The notes: a model not told the origin generated them from the letters alone. A DNA stretch of 44,812 nt from Octopus bimaculoides (GCF_001194135.2 NC_068986.1:24849051-24893862); one strand, 5' to 3'. Shown: positions 12,311 through 25,764, numbered from the stretch's first letter. Program-made: numbers and translations.

Positions 12311-12563
12311 NNNNNNNNNNNNNNNNNNNNNNNNNNNNNNNNNNNNNNNNNNNNNNNNNNNNNNNNNNNNNNNNNNNNNNNNNNNNNNNNNNNNNNNNNN
12401 NNNNNNNNNNNNNNNNNNNNNNNNNNNNNNNNNNNNNNNNNNNNNNNNNNNNNNNNNNNNNNNNNNNNNNNNNNNNNNNNNNNNNNNNNNNNNNNNNNNN
12501 NNNNNNNNNNNNNNNNNNNNNNNNNNNNNNNNNNNNNNNNNNNNNNNNNNNNNNNNNNNNNNN

Positions 12564-12594
<31 letters not shown>

Positions 12595-12896
12595 CTGACA
12601 ACTAAACTATTATCAGACTTTCACAGCTTCTACAAAGCAGCTGTATAAAAATCAACCAGTGAAACGAATGCCTTTCAGAATCTATAAGACTGTTAGTAGT
12701 GTACATACCGAATAGGCAATCAACCACTGATTCCTGAATTATAGAAAAATTTCCAAAGACAATTTCCCAAAACGATTTGTCCTGGCTTTTTTCTACAGAG
12801 ATGGCATATCTATGAAGGTATGTATATATTACCGGCATAATGCCCCTCCGAAGGTTCAGTACTTTGTATATATCTTTACATATATATGTGTGTGTG

Positions 12897-12946
<50 letters not shown>

Positions 12947-13231
12947 NNNNNNNNNNNNNNNNNNNNNNNNNNNNNNNNNNNNNNNNNNNNNNNNNNNNNN
13001 NNNNNNNNNNNNNNNNNNNNNNNNNNNNNNNNNNNNNNNNNNNNNNNNNNNNNNNNNNNNNNNNNNNNNNNNNNTCAAGATTTCTCGCCAAAAGAGAAAG
13101 ACCCGATTTCTAACTTAGATCCAATCTACTTTGAATGGAATTTCAACATCACAGGGTATTTTTGTATGTATGTATGTATGTTTCCATCACTATCTGGGGA
13201 TTAACACACGCTGATGGCGGGTAGCCACCCA

Positions 13232-13400
13232 GAAACTCAAGTCCGTGTGTTTCATGTAAGGCTAGAGTTGGGAGCGATGACCTCCCCTCGCAAAAACCAA
13301 TTGGACACAGAATATGCATTGTTAGCCAGCTGGAGGAGATTTATTCCTGAGGCTATAAACATCAGTAGCACTGTCCTGTGTAGGACACCACACTTAGTTG
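13232..13400 (+). repeat. Unclassified interspersed repeat fragment, homologous to 355-525
   Basis: Shares the core ccagctggaggagat.t.ttcctg and its flanks with the reverse complement of 355-525. Confidence 0.55.
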
Positions 13401-13412
13401 GCAAATATATGT

Positions 13413-13463
<51 letters not shown>

Positions 13464-13504
13464 ATGTATGACTGCATGTATGCCTGTATGTATGCATGCA
13501 TGCA

Positions 13505-13632
13505 TGTATGACTTTTTAGTTTCCATCTACCAAATCCACCTACACCTACGCGGGTATTGAGTGGAAAGCACTGCCAGTAGTGAGACTTTACACAGAACTA
13601 CGGGGCTGCAAAGAGATGTTCTTAATCACACA
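13505..13632 (-). mobile_element. SINE family B head, degenerate
   Basis: tttttagtttccatctaccaaatccac...cttaatcacacaacc, followed by (TG)n. Confidence 0.6.
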
Positions 13633-14409
13633 ACCATGTGTGTGTGTGTCTGTGTGAGTGTGTGTGTGCGTGTGCGTGTGTGAGCGCGTGCGCGTGAGTG
13701 TGTATGTATGTATGTATGTATGTATGTATAATCGTTAAGTCTACGTGAAAAGGTACATAATAGATACAAATAGATTAGAAGTAAGACCAGATCGATGCTA
13801 AACATCAACCTAAATTCCAACATCAAATGATTGGAGACGTAATTCCAAAAACATTAAAATAGAAGATGAGCAGGTAGTAGTTAATGGCATCAAAGTGCTT
13901 ATAAATAAGCTATACAAATATGTATATAAATATAATTAAGCAGCATTTCATAATTAATTGATCCATATAAAGCGGGTTCCACTTCAAAAGCCTTAATCAA
14001 ATCTAGACTATGATGTAAGATAATTGCGTAAGTTGTCTTCCTGTTCTTCTCTATTTGCTTCAATCTCTGTCTCTCCTACACGTACTCTCCAATGTCCTCT
14101 TTTTAGCAAAGTCTTCTCTCCCTTTCTTTCTCTCTCTCTCTCTCTTCCATTTTCTTTCTCCTTCTCTCTCTCTCTCTCTCCTTCCCTCCCTCTCTCACTG
14201 TCTCTTACATTACAAGCATGTAGCATCTTTCATGGCTCTTTCTCTAATACGCAACTTTTCATTTTTAAGTCATATTGGCTTTTTTTAAAGTCATATTCGT
14301 TCCTTCTTACCATCTCTTTCTTTCTATCTTTCTTTCATATCTTACACTGTTTCATGCATGTGTGTGTGTGCATTATGTGTTTGTGTGTATCTGTATGCAT
14401 GTGCTTGTA

Positions 14410-14445
<36 letters not shown>

Positions 14446-14844
14446 TCCAGAGGTCAACAGCAGTCATATTTGAATCATTTTGTCACACGAATCTTCTCTT
14501 GTTCTCTATCATCGAAGCCATCGTCATCACTTTCCTAGCTTAAGGTGATAAAATATATACGGCACGATGACTGAATAACTTACACCGTCGTCAGCGCGTC
14601 TCTTTTGCTCGTTACGCTTGACGAGAATTTGAACGAGAAGGTACAGTTTTCATATTTATACATTGACTTCTGTCATGTGACTAACATTGAAACCCAAACT
14701 CCTAAACTTCTTTTATTGGCACAATCGGTAAACTGACAAGAAAACATTGGTTGCATTATTTAGTCACGGTCGTTACATTCAGAGTTCAAATCCCGATGAT
14801 ATCAACTTCGCTGTCCATCTTTGCTAGGTTCATGAACTAAACTA

Positions 14845-15005
14845 GGTGTGACAAGGCTGGCTCTTTGAATTACAGGTACAATTCACTTTTGCCAATTCAG
14901 TGGACTAGAGCAATGAGAAATAAAGTGACTTGCTCAAGGGCACAATGTGCCACCGGGAATCGAACTCATGACCTTAACTGTGTGTGTATTACTGAACACG
15001 CCTTC
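14845..15005 (-). mobile_element. SINE family C fragment
   Basis: gtgtgacaaggctggctctttgaattacaggtacaa is the reverse complement of 26625-26660; also carries ttgctcaagggcacaat...gggaatcgaactc. Confidence 0.8.
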
Positions 15006-16589
15006 ACTGTGTGTGTATTATTGAAATAGAGAATCAATGGAAATGCGAACAATATAGTATTTAGTCAGAGTCCTTTACGTTCTGCACTCAGTTATCACTA
15101 CAGTCAACTCAGCCATTAGCCCTTCAGATATTAATGAAGTACCAGTAAATTACAAGGGCCATTGTAACCAACTATTCCCTTCTCCCGAAATTTGACACCT
15201 TGCAGCTGTGTATGAAGTCATTTTAGAGTGTTGCCAATTCTCAGCACTAAGAATCCAAGAGCTTTCAACATTAAACTAATATTAGAAACTTTGTATTCAG
15301 CGTTGTTCAGTAAGTTATTTTTTGTTTCTTGTTTCATTGTACCATCTAAAATCATTTTTGTATTATTTCTTTCTTTTGTATGTCTAAGACCATTAGGCAA
15401 GATATAAACATCGCTACTTTTTAACAGGGTTTCTCTATTAATTTGACACTTTCTGCTTCTACGTAGTCGTTTTAATCTTATTCAGTTATATANNNNNNNN
15501 NNNNNNNNNNNNNNNNNNNNNNNNNNNNNNNNATATATATGTGTGTTTTTGTCAATCTTTCCTAAATGCATGAGACCATATATGTGTACATCTGACAGAA
15601 TATTTCATTGTCACCAATAATTTCGTCTTGTAGTAGATACAAATGAAATAGATTGATGTGTATGAATTTTGCATGTGCTATCGAATAGCATCAAAGAGTA
15701 TTTCAGCAGAATCGACTGAAAACTATCGATCTCTAAATTTATTTCTTTTGATAGGAATTAGACAAAGATCTGCAATCCGATTGAAATAGGAAGAATTTAA
15801 TATTGTGCATGAGTGTAAGTCAGAGATAGTCGTCAGTGTAAGTCAATGAAAGTCCATCGGCTAATAGCTTTCATAGAGAAGTTGATGGATAGGTTTCTGG
15901 TTATAGGATTCTGTCTATGGATGAAATTTATTCTAAAAGGCCAAAGGATAGGAAATGAAAGGACGAATTTAACACAGCTGAGAAGACATTCCTAAAAGGT
16001 CAATTTAAGAATGCACAAATTTCAAATGAATATTTTCGATATTCTGTTCTTTCTTTCCGTTACAGGTTTTCCTCATTGGAATACAGCCATGCTGGCGGTT
16101 CGCCTTTAAGGGATTTAATTGGTTATATCGATCCGAATACTCTGTTTAGCACTTATTTTACCGAATTCGTTTGGGGAAAAAGTTTATCTGGTTGTATATG
16201 GGATTTACTGGGGTAGAAACAAATACTATTATGCACTTATGTCCGACACAAATTCCTATATATTCTGCAACAATTTATATATCTTTATCTTTCTATTTGT
16301 CCATCTATGTATGTGTGTGCGTGCGTGTGGGGGCCTTCAGCACAGTTTTTGTCTCCCAAATTTTAATCGTAAAGCTTTAATCAACCGGAGATTATAATAC
16401 AACACTTTTACCCAAGATGCTGCCGACTTGTAAACTACTCCATTACAAAGCGAACTTTTTTACTAGACAGCCATGATCCACTAACACTCTCGACCGGAAT
16501 AACACCAACAGTTGACCCTTGAGCGTCTTTAAAGAAAAGCTCTGTTGCAGACTTTCGAGAAAAGTATCTGGTCTGCTAAGCACAGTTTC

Positions 16590-16735
16590 TTGAACGTAGC
16601 CGGTTCCAAATTCATTCACAAGGTGTTAGCCGGCTCGGGGTTATAGTTGTAAGCACTTGTTCCATTTGCAGCGCAATAGATCTTAACCCTAAATCACATG
16701 ATTTCGAAGCGAACTTTCTAACCACGCAGCCATCC
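16590..16735 (-). mobile_element. SINE family B head, degenerate
   Basis: ccaaattcattcacaaggtgttagccggctcggggttatagttgtaagcacttg...ctttctaaccacgcagccat. Confidence 0.65.
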
Positions 16736-16796
16736 TTGTACCTAAATATAATATAAAGCAAGACCAATAACAATCGTGATTATTTTGTGCATGTTT

Positions 16797-17015
16797 AAGG
16801 CGGCGAGCTGGCAGAATCGTTAGTACGCCGGGCGAAATGCTTAGCGGTATTTCGTCTGCCGTTACGTTCTGAGTTCAAATTCCGCCGAGGTCGAGTTCGC
16901 CTTTCGTCCTTTTGGGGATGATAAATTAAGTACAGGTGAAACATTGAGGTCGATGTAATCGACTATCCCTCTCCCCCAAATTTCAGACCTTGTACCTGTA
17001 GTAGAAAGGATTATT
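16797..17015 (+). mobile_element. SINE family A, near-consensus full-length copy
   Basis: aaggcggcgagctggcagaatcg (A-box-like), ttctgagttcaaattcc (B box) and tail agaaaggattattat. Confidence 0.95.
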
Positions 17016-17059
17016 ATGTGTATATCTAACTGAAAGGTTGAATCCTTACAGCGGTGGAG

Positions 17060-17230
17060 AAAGACTTCGCGGTATTTGTTCCGTGTCCTAATTACGTTCG
17101 GAGTTCAAATCCCGCTGAAGTAAAATTTGCCTTTCATCCCTTAGAAGTCGATAAAACAAATTACCAGTCAAGTATTAGGGTCGATGTAATCAACTTGCTC
17201 CCTCTTCTCAAGATTGCTGGCATTGAACCC
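17060..17230 (+). mobile_element. SINE family A, 5'-truncated
   Basis: ttacgttcggagttcaaatcccgctgaagtaaaatttgcctttcatccc. Confidence 0.8.
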
Positions 17231-17259
17231 TGCAACAGACCAATGTCCTGTTGAGAGGA

Positions 17260-17540
17260 ATGCTGGGATCTCGGTCAGTTATACGTTATGGAAGCTGGGC
17301 AGTTGGACTTATGAGTTCTCAGGCTACAGAAAAAAATCTGAAAATCGTTGAAAACTGAAGTATACTGAATAGGAGGTTAAAAGGGAAGGAAATTTAGATA
17401 TCACGTAAATGTTTTGGACGTGTTATATAGAATGGAGGAAAGCATATGAAAGTGGACCAAGTAATAAAGTTCTGCTTTTACATTCATATGAAAATAGAAG
17501 TTGGACGATATTAGAGTATGCGAAATAAACATTAAACTAT
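17260..17540 (+). mobile_element. Possible degraded RTE-like LINE 3' coding remnant
   Basis: tttggacgtgtt...agaatggaggaa resembles the WFGHVxRM motif of RTE-type ORF2 C-termini; heavily decayed. Confidence 0.3.
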
Positions 17541-17679
17541 ATGAAAAGCTGTCTATACGTGCAATGTAATAAAATAAACGTGGTATTAAAAGATATTTAG
17601 GAAATACAAAAAGATCTATGATTAAATAACTGTGAATTTATATTTGAGTGCGTATGTATGTCTGTATGTATCCTCTCTC

Positions 17680-17712
17680 TTTCTTTCTATCTCTCTTTCT
17701 CTCTCTCTCTCT

Positions 17713-17783
<71 letters not shown>

Positions 17784-17789
17784 CATACA

Positions 17790-17820
<31 letters not shown>

Positions 17821-17880
17821 GCATATGTGTGTATATAAACATACATAAGTGTGTGTAGATATATGTGTATATATATATAA

Positions 17881-17979
<99 letters not shown>

Positions 17980-17980
17980 T
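17680..17980. repeat. Compound microsatellite (CT)n-(TA)n-(GA)n-(TACA)n-(GATA)n
   Basis: Seen directly in the sequence. Confidence 0.95.
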
Positions 17981-18347
17981 CATACATGCTTACATTTGTG
18001 TGTATGTGTCTGTTGTCTAGACATTGTTGCTATATTGGTTATTTTCAAGCATCAGGCAACATTGTGTGTGTAATGTACTTCAACTGAATTATGAAATTGT
18101 ACGTCAGACATGTTTAGAAATAAAAATATATTAATTGAAGTAAAGAAGAAACCTGGGAACTCCACAAAAGAAATTAATTAAAATTGAAATTAGATATTTC
18201 TTTTACAGAGGCACACACTTTCCTAGACGAACAACAATCGTGATATTTTTTTTCTTGCTCTGCTACTACACAATGCATTCCTCATTCTCCTCTACAGATT
18301 TTAATTTTGTAAAACATAAACACGTACAGGCACATACACACATATTC

Positions 18348-18382
<35 letters not shown>

Positions 18383-19569
18383 AATTGCACATGCGCGGTA
18401 GATATGAAAAATTATAACATATAAGCACGAGGCATGTTTCTCTGTATTGCCTCGTATTTATGAGTTAATCTTGGCTTTCCTGCTGATGATAGCTGGCCTA
18501 GCAAATTATTTTATTTTGCTGGAAATAGCTTGAAACCTTGGTTCAGGAAATAGATGGTAAATGTTTTTATCTTTCATTCCCTTTCGAAATTTTCCCTAAT
18601 TGTGGTTTGGAGTTTAACTGCTCCTTCTAGCGGGTTAGATGTCCTATTATGGACATCTCTCTGATATGTTTAAATGTACACTGTATGTATTTATATATAT
18701 ATATCACTTATTCATCGATACTCAAAAACTGAACTTTCACCATGTAGTGCCTTACAGGATTTTACTGGATTTTACCTCGAGAAAGGAACTCTGAGGAAGT
18801 AAATGTTTTTATACAGTGAGCTGGATATGGACTATTTCCTACAGCCCGTTAAAACTTTTCTCAAACGGCCGTTTGGACTGATCCTTTCAATCGCCTCCTT
18901 TAATTTAGTTTCTACTTTCATGGTACCCCTTATGTATTCTTATATACTTTTAGGCTTTTATATTTTTTACGTTTATATCCTTAGATTTTATTTTTTATGC
19001 TTATATTCTTATATTTCTATATTCTTATCATCTGACTCTTAAAATAGACATGCGGTTATTTAAATGGAATAATACCTCATGTCATACCTCTGAATTATGA
19101 ATTTGCTTGTCTGAATGTTTAAGACAAATATCTGAAATTTTTATCGTATACTGATTTTAATTCTGGGCTGTCATTCTAGGGCCATTCCCTCCGTTTAGTA
19201 GGATGTTTACTACTGTCATCGATGCTTTTCTAACTTTGCATTTTTCTAGGTAGGAGTATTGACCCTATGCAAACCCATTTTTACCTCTAGGAAGAATATT
19301 AATCTGGCCTCTATCTTCTGACTTGTCTAGCATGAGAATTCTTACCATGAACTTGCGCTCCACGAACACAGCTGTCACGATTATTGAGGTATAAAAGCTA
19401 CCACACTGCAACAAGGACTGAATTTCGTAGTCGTGTAGCTACACTCCAGTAACTGAAGCAACTAAAATATAAAAGATACTAATATATACTTTTGTTATTT
19501 ACACCACCTGTCCTCGTCTGTTGTTATTTTTTGTATATTCTCCCATATATATATATATATATATATATA

Positions 19570-20483
19570 NNNNNNNNNNNNNNNNNNNNNNNNNNNNNNN
19601 NNNNNNNNNNNNNNNNNNNNNNNNNNNNNNNNNNNNNNNNNNNNNNNNNNNNNNNNNNNNNNNNNNNNNNNNNNNNNNNNNNNNNNNNNNNNNNNNNNNN
19701 NNNNNNNNNNNNNNNNNNNNNNNNNNNNNNNNNNNNNNNNNNNNNNNNNNNNNNNNNNNNNNNNNNNNNNNNNNNNNNNNNNNNNNNNNNNNNNNNNNNN
19801 NNNNNNNNNNNNNNNNNNNNNNNNNNNNNNNNNNNNNNNNNNNNNNNNNNNNNNNNNNNNNNNNNNNNNNNNNNNNNNNNNNNNNNNNNNNNNNNNNNNN
19901 NNNNNNNNNNNNNNNNNNNNNNNNNNNNNNNNNNNNNNNNNNNNNNNNNNNNNNNNNNNNNNNNNNNNNNNNNNNNNNNNNNNNNNNNNNNNNNNNNNNN
20001 NNNNNNNNNNNNNNNNNNNNNNNNNNNNNNNNNNNNNNNNNNNNNNNNNNNNNNNNNNNNNNNNNNNNNNNNNNNNNNNNNNNNNNNNNNNNNNNNNNNN
20101 NNNNNNNNNNNNNNNNNNNNNNNNNNNNNNNNNNNNNNNNNNNNNNNNNNNNNNNNNNNNNNNNNNNNNNNNNNNNNNNNNNNNNNNNNNNNNNNNNNNN
20201 NNNNNNNNNNNNNNNNNNNNNNNNNNNNNNNNNNNNNNNNNNNNNNNNNNNNNNNNNNNNNNNNNNNNNNNNNNNNNNNNNNNNNNNNNNNNNNNNNNNN
20301 NNNNNNNNNNNNNNNNNNNNNNNNNNNNNNNNNNNNNNNNNNNNNNNNNNNNNNNNNNNNNNNNNNNNNNNNNNNNNNNNNNNNNNNNNNNNNNNNNNNN
20401 NNNNNNNNNNNNNNNNNNNNNNNNNNNNNNNNNNNNNNNNNNNNNNNNNNNNNNNNNNNNNNNNNNNNNNNNNNNNNNNNNNN
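19570..20483. other. Largest assembly gap (N run) flanked by (TA)n
   Basis: Other gaps: 895-1013, 7923-8145, 12311-12563, 12947-13074, 15493-15532, 26708-26717, 41453-41612 and 43675-44277. Confidence 1.
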
Positions 20484-20515
<32 letters not shown>

Positions 20516-20984
20516 GTCTTACAAAATGGCAATAAAACATATCATGCAACATTAGACACCCAATGATTTTATCACATCATAAATCTGTTGAGTGAACAGT
20601 GTGGTCGATCGACTTATGAGAAATAACAATGAAGTTACCTTCATACCACACACGTAAAAATTAAAAAGCTTAGCCGTCGCTCGCAAGCGAATAATCACTT
20701 GGTAGCATTTCCTATCTACTACACTTTATCAAAGCGACTCTAAATAAATGCATTCATAAAGCTGGGAATAAGTTTACTTTTGAACGCGTTTCACAGACGA
20801 AATTTTAATTTATTTCGTATCAGGCCAAACTGTTCCATGTGTGGCAACAGCAATGCGCAATCGTCGTTTTAGGTGTATATGTAGTGGCGAGCAGATTCGA
20901 ACCCACTTTCCACCTTTTCACCCTTGACCCAGTAAAACACCGAGGATGTAACAGATGGAAGGAGGGAGAAAGAGAGCTGCACCA

Positions 20985-21138
20985 GCAGTCCGTCGATATT
21001 CATTGTCAGTTGAATGGACTGGAGAAATGTGATACTAAAGTGACTTGTTCACGGTCACAACGCACTACCCGGTCTAATTAACGAACCCACGATCTTATGA
21101 CGATGAGCACAATGCACTAACCACTGGGCGACGCCTGG
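20985..21138 (-). mobile_element. SINE family C head, diverged
   Basis: gacttgttcacggtcacaacgc...cccggtctaattaacgaacccacgatc...ctaaccactgggcgacgcct is the reverse complement of the tRNA head at 26426. Confidence 0.75.
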
Positions 21139-21189
21139 TGACTAGGGTGCTCGGATCAAAATCACACACTGTCATCTTTAAAAGAAAGA

Positions 21190-21320
21190 AAACACTTTGG
21201 ATCATGCAGTCCTGCGTTCCAGATGCCTAAAAAGTGGTGCTGGTCATTGTTGGAATGCTTTTGATCATAGATCTGCTTGATCAGCCCTGACCTTGAGCTG
21301 AAGCCACAACAATAACAGCA
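21190..21320 (+). mobile_element. 3' end of a retroposon with a CAA-type tail, similar to about 27330-27410
   Basis: ttttgatcatagatctgcttgatcagccctgacc...acaacaataacagc versus ctgatcacagatttattcgatcgggactgatctggg...aacaacaacaac. Confidence 0.5.
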
Positions 21321-21931
21321 ATAAAAATATAAAACCATACTCAACCTGATATTTTCCGTGACAAAAATGACAATAGAGGGTTAATTATCAGCACAGTAGC
21401 ATAAAATGATTATTATGTTATGTTGAAGTGAGTTGGAATGCTACATAATTACATCGGTGAATTTGTTGAAGCTGCTGGATTAAAAACATTACGGTAGTTA
21501 AGGAATGCGTGTGCATCATCTAATTTGTAATTGATTCAACTAGAATGACACATGACCAAATTCGGCACAGAAATACTATGTTTGTTATCGAAAAGTAGAG
21601 TCATTTACTACTAGAAAATGTTATGAACTATCTACTGTATATTTATAATAATATTTGGAAAAGAATAAGAGCAAACTAACACGATTAAGTTCAAATCATG
21701 AACAACACTAGCAAAAACTGTTGTCTGTTTTCAAGGAAACCAACAACTATAAAACTGTCTTGGATAACAGATAGATATGGGGAAGATGGGGAAACGACAT
21801 GAATTATTAAAATTCAGCGAAATGTTATCTTAAGTCGATGCCAATAAAAAGGCGTTCATAGACAATATCTGACAGATTGGGTAAAATACATAGCACTGTT
21901 TGAAAAGTACATAACGTAAAGATGGAAGCGA

Positions 21932-22150
21932 AATATTGTTTTCAAATTTTGACACAAGGCCAGCAATTTCAGGGGCCGGTGTAAGTCCATTACATCAAAC
22001 TCAGCGTTAAACAGGTACTTATTTTATCCATCTTGAAAGGTTGAAAGGAAAAGTCGACTCGGCGGAATTTGAACTCAGAACGTTAAAGACGAACGTAACA
22101 CTACCAAACGTTTTGCCCGACGTGGTAGCGATTTTGCCAGTACCCGCCTT
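21932..22150 (-). mobile_element. SINE family A, full length
   Basis: aaaggaaaagtcgactcggcggaatttgaactcagaacg...gccagtacccgcctt. Confidence 0.9.
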
Positions 22151-22807
22151 AGATAAGAATGAAATATTTAAGTTCCCGTGAGTACCATAAAGACTTTGGT
22201 TTTATCGTAAATGATTGTTTCAGATAGTCATATGTATTTATAGCATCTTTGCTACAATATTGTGTCTAAAATGATATCGATCTGAAAGAACATCCATTCT
22301 CAATTTTTTTAACCTTTAGTTATGAGCAAAGTGCAAAGTCCATGAGCTTTGTTCTTTTTTCTTTCTTTCTTTTTTTTCAGTGTCTCCGAGACTTGTAGAA
22401 AGAAGAGAGAAATCTGTCTTCAAACTACAGAACCGGCCTGAATGTTTACAATAGAGTGTGCTTCATGAAAGGCATCCACGCAAGACGCTAAGAATCGGTG
22501 CAACAAATAGCACTTGGCATCTCATTTGCCACTCTGAAAATTCCTCCAAACTTTCGCTTTTGAACGGTAAACCATTTTATCGACCACAGAAGGATGTAAG
22601 ACAATGCTGACTTTGGCAAGATCTGAAATAGGACCACAGAATTCCGAAAAAAATACCACGAGGTATTCTATTCTTCGTTTTTAATAAGATAAAAAATCTG
22701 GAAATTACCAAATAATGAATAAGAATACAGTAAGTAACAATAGAACATATGAATCAACTATTTGCGTTATTTCTCGCCGCCAAGTCTTCGACAACGTGAA
22801 ATATACG

Positions 22808-23115
22808 TACAAGCATTATAGAATTGGAGCGCTCATACCCTGGAATCTATGTCAACATTATAAAATACTCACAGAAATGTGATGTTTTAAGCATATAACA
22901 GACAGTACCTTAGAGAACGATAAAGCAACCATACTCTGAGACATGATAATTCGTAGAGACTAAGAAGGAAATTGGATGGAAAATAATTCAGATAATATTG
23001 TTGAAGACTATTGGGAAAAGAAATGTTTCCTAGACGTTGTTTCAATTTCACACAGAATTAAGATATCAAATAACGGAAATAAAAAACAAAATAAATATAA
23101 AATCTGGAGACAGAG
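22808..23115 (+). mobile_element. R4/Dong-like LINE remnant, zinc-knuckle to RLE endonuclease region
   Basis: One frame reads YKHYRIGALIPWNLCQHYKILTEM*CFKHITDSTLENDKATIL*DMIIRRD*EGNWMENNSDNIVEDYWEKKCFLDVVSISHRIKISNNGNKKQNKYK. This matches the HDxVGxxIHWxICQHY...ENDKATILWD...NRPDIVVKD...KCFLIDVSIP pattern of RLE-type non-LTR elements. Confidence 0.85.
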
Positions 23116-23428
23116 ATAACTATAATACGGAATTGAAAGCTAAGAAAATTGTTATAACAACAGAATACCCTTTCTCGTTTATCACTGATATAGTCATTAC
23201 TGATGTGAGTAATACGGTATGTTCATTTGTAAACCGTGTTACACTTATTCCAAATTGATGTGTGATAACACAGATCGACGAGCAGACAAAAATTTGTCTT
23301 GGTTAGCAAAAGCCTCTTTTCAGCTTCAATAAAGAGAAATTTTACTCTACCTTTGGTATTCGAGTATCATTTACTCCAAATTGTTTTGCAACAATGTGCT
23401 TGCATGTACACAAGCATAGGCAGATGGA

Positions 23429-23788
<360 letters not shown>

Positions 23789-24799
23789 CTCAACGGCTCA
23801 TTTCTCATTCATATTTTCCTCACAAAAACATAACATTTTATAATCAGTAGATATTATTTTCAAATAATGACTTCATATGAAATCAATTTTTACCAGAAAC
23901 AAGTTAGCCTATCAGTATGTCCTCACTAGCAATTGTCTAAAAAATATATATTAGAGAGAACAATTTTTCAACTGCTGATATTCTCTCACTGAAAAATGAT
24001 TGAAGTATTTGTGCAATAGCAATAAATGAAACACGAGCCATTCTCTCATTTGAAACTTTTATTAATGAAATCAGTAATAATTAATTTACATTGTTATGAT
24101 CTGTATTAATTTCATTTACTGCATCACTTTACTTGTTCTGGGTATGTTCGCACCGTTTCGAAAAATTATTTCACGGTATCGTTAACTCTCATAAAATACT
24201 GTTCAAGAAGGCGGGAAAGGGGGTTCTCTTTTTCTATTTCAATTTTTATTTTTTTCTTACACTGTTCTTGGTTCCCTCTAGTTTATAGTAGTCATATTGA
24301 GGTGACGTCATCAATATGATACTGCTGTTTTTGTTCTTGTTTTGATATAAAGTGAATGAAGGTGTCTGATTCCGCTAGCCTAGTATATGTTGCTTGCTAT
24401 CGTGTGTTTCATACTGTTAACTATGGACATGACATTATAGAATGTTGTATGTTATACGAATTTATTGGCATCTACATCATACATATTACCTCTAATTTTC
24501 GGGGTAACTCCTTAACTTTTTAATAGAGGAAAGGGTTGTGTCCATAGCCTTGGAAGCTCTGTCATGACCAGTGAGATCAACGTGGTTAATTTTCCTTTTA
24601 ACAGTTACAAACTGACTACTACAGCAAACAAATTAATGTCGTGAGGGTATTGTATAGGACCAACGTTAATGGGAGGTAGATATATGATCCGTAGAAGTAG
24701 ATAGATGAACCAGTTAGAATTTCAAAGATGAAGAATTGTGGACCTTTACAAGTGTGAGTTCTTCTAAGTATCTGCTTGTATGTGGAGGCGCAATGGTCT

Positions 24800-24952
24800 C
24801 CAATATTCAACTGGTACTTGTTTTATCAACCCAGAAAAGATGAAAGGAGAAGACTATCTCAGTGGAATTTGAAACTAGAACCTAATTAGTCGAAAGGAAT
24901 GCCGGTAAGCATTTTGTCCAACGTGCTGACGATTCTGCCAGCTCGCCACCTT
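24800..24952 (-). mobile_element. SINE family A
   Basis: caactggtacttgttttatcaaccc...gacgattctgccagctcgccacctt. Confidence 0.85.
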
Positions 24953-24967
24953 ATTAAAATTTACGAT

Positions 24968-25182
24968 ATTGGTTTCAAATTTTGATTAGGCCATCAATTT
25001 CAGGGGAGGGGTTAAGTTGGTTACATTGTTCCTAGTGCTTAACTGTTATTTATTTTATCGACCACGAAAGGATCAAAGGCAAAGTCGACCTCGGTGGAAT
25101 TAGAACTCAGAACGTAAAGATAGACGGAATGACGCTAAGCGTTTTGCCCAACGCGCTGACGATTTTACCGGCTCGCCGCCTA
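24968..25182 (-). mobile_element. SINE family A, full length, with a 15-bp TSD
   Basis: Flanked by attaaaatttacgat at 24953-24967 and 25183-25197. Confidence 0.9.
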
Positions 25183-25392
25183 ATTAAAATTTACGATGTT
25201 GATAAACAAATGGAAAATATTCTACAGAAACATTATTTTACCGTCTTCTTTGTCCACACAAAGGCAATATCAAATGCTAATGTTTTAGGATAACCGTTGA
25301 TAAAAAAAACTTCGTCTATATTCCTGGACATATTTATAAAATTCAAACTTGTACGTGACTGATTCTTCGTTTCCCTATTTATGAAATGAATG

Positions 25393-25628
25393 CAGGTAAA
25401 AGAAATGTCACAGGAAAAATGTCACGGTAATAAAGTCACAGGAAAAAGAAGTTACAGGGGTTTTGTCCGGATCACATAAATCAATTGTGACTTTTTTTCC
25501 TGTGACTTTATTACCGGCCTCCATAAAATGATAGTGACTTTTCTTTTTTTTCGTGTGACTTTTTTCCAAGCCGAAATTTTGACTTTATTACTGTGACTTA
25601 TTTTCCTGTAACTTTATTACCAGTCACC
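25393..25628. repeat. Inverted array of AAAGTCAC(A/G)GG units, MITE-like
   Basis: ggtaataaagtcacaggaaaaa (25426-25447) is perfectly inverted at 25494-25515; further gtcac/gtgac units lie on each side. Confidence 0.7.
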
Positions 25629-25764
25629 TATAAATCATAACTTTTGTTGCCAATAATACATAAGTATGTAACAAATGTATATACATACACACATACGCAC
25701 AGACATATAAACATAAATATATATATATATATATATATATCTGTGTGTGTGTCTTTGTATGTGT

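Noticed and set aside
18420-19440. Possible degraded RTE-like LINE 5' region on the minus strand
   Set aside because: Only a UTR-like motif is suggestive; I could not read any convincing endonuclease motif.
24303-24310. Perfect CRE palindrome TGACGTCA
   Set aside because: A single 8-mer; another occurs inside the mariner coding remnant, consistent with chance.
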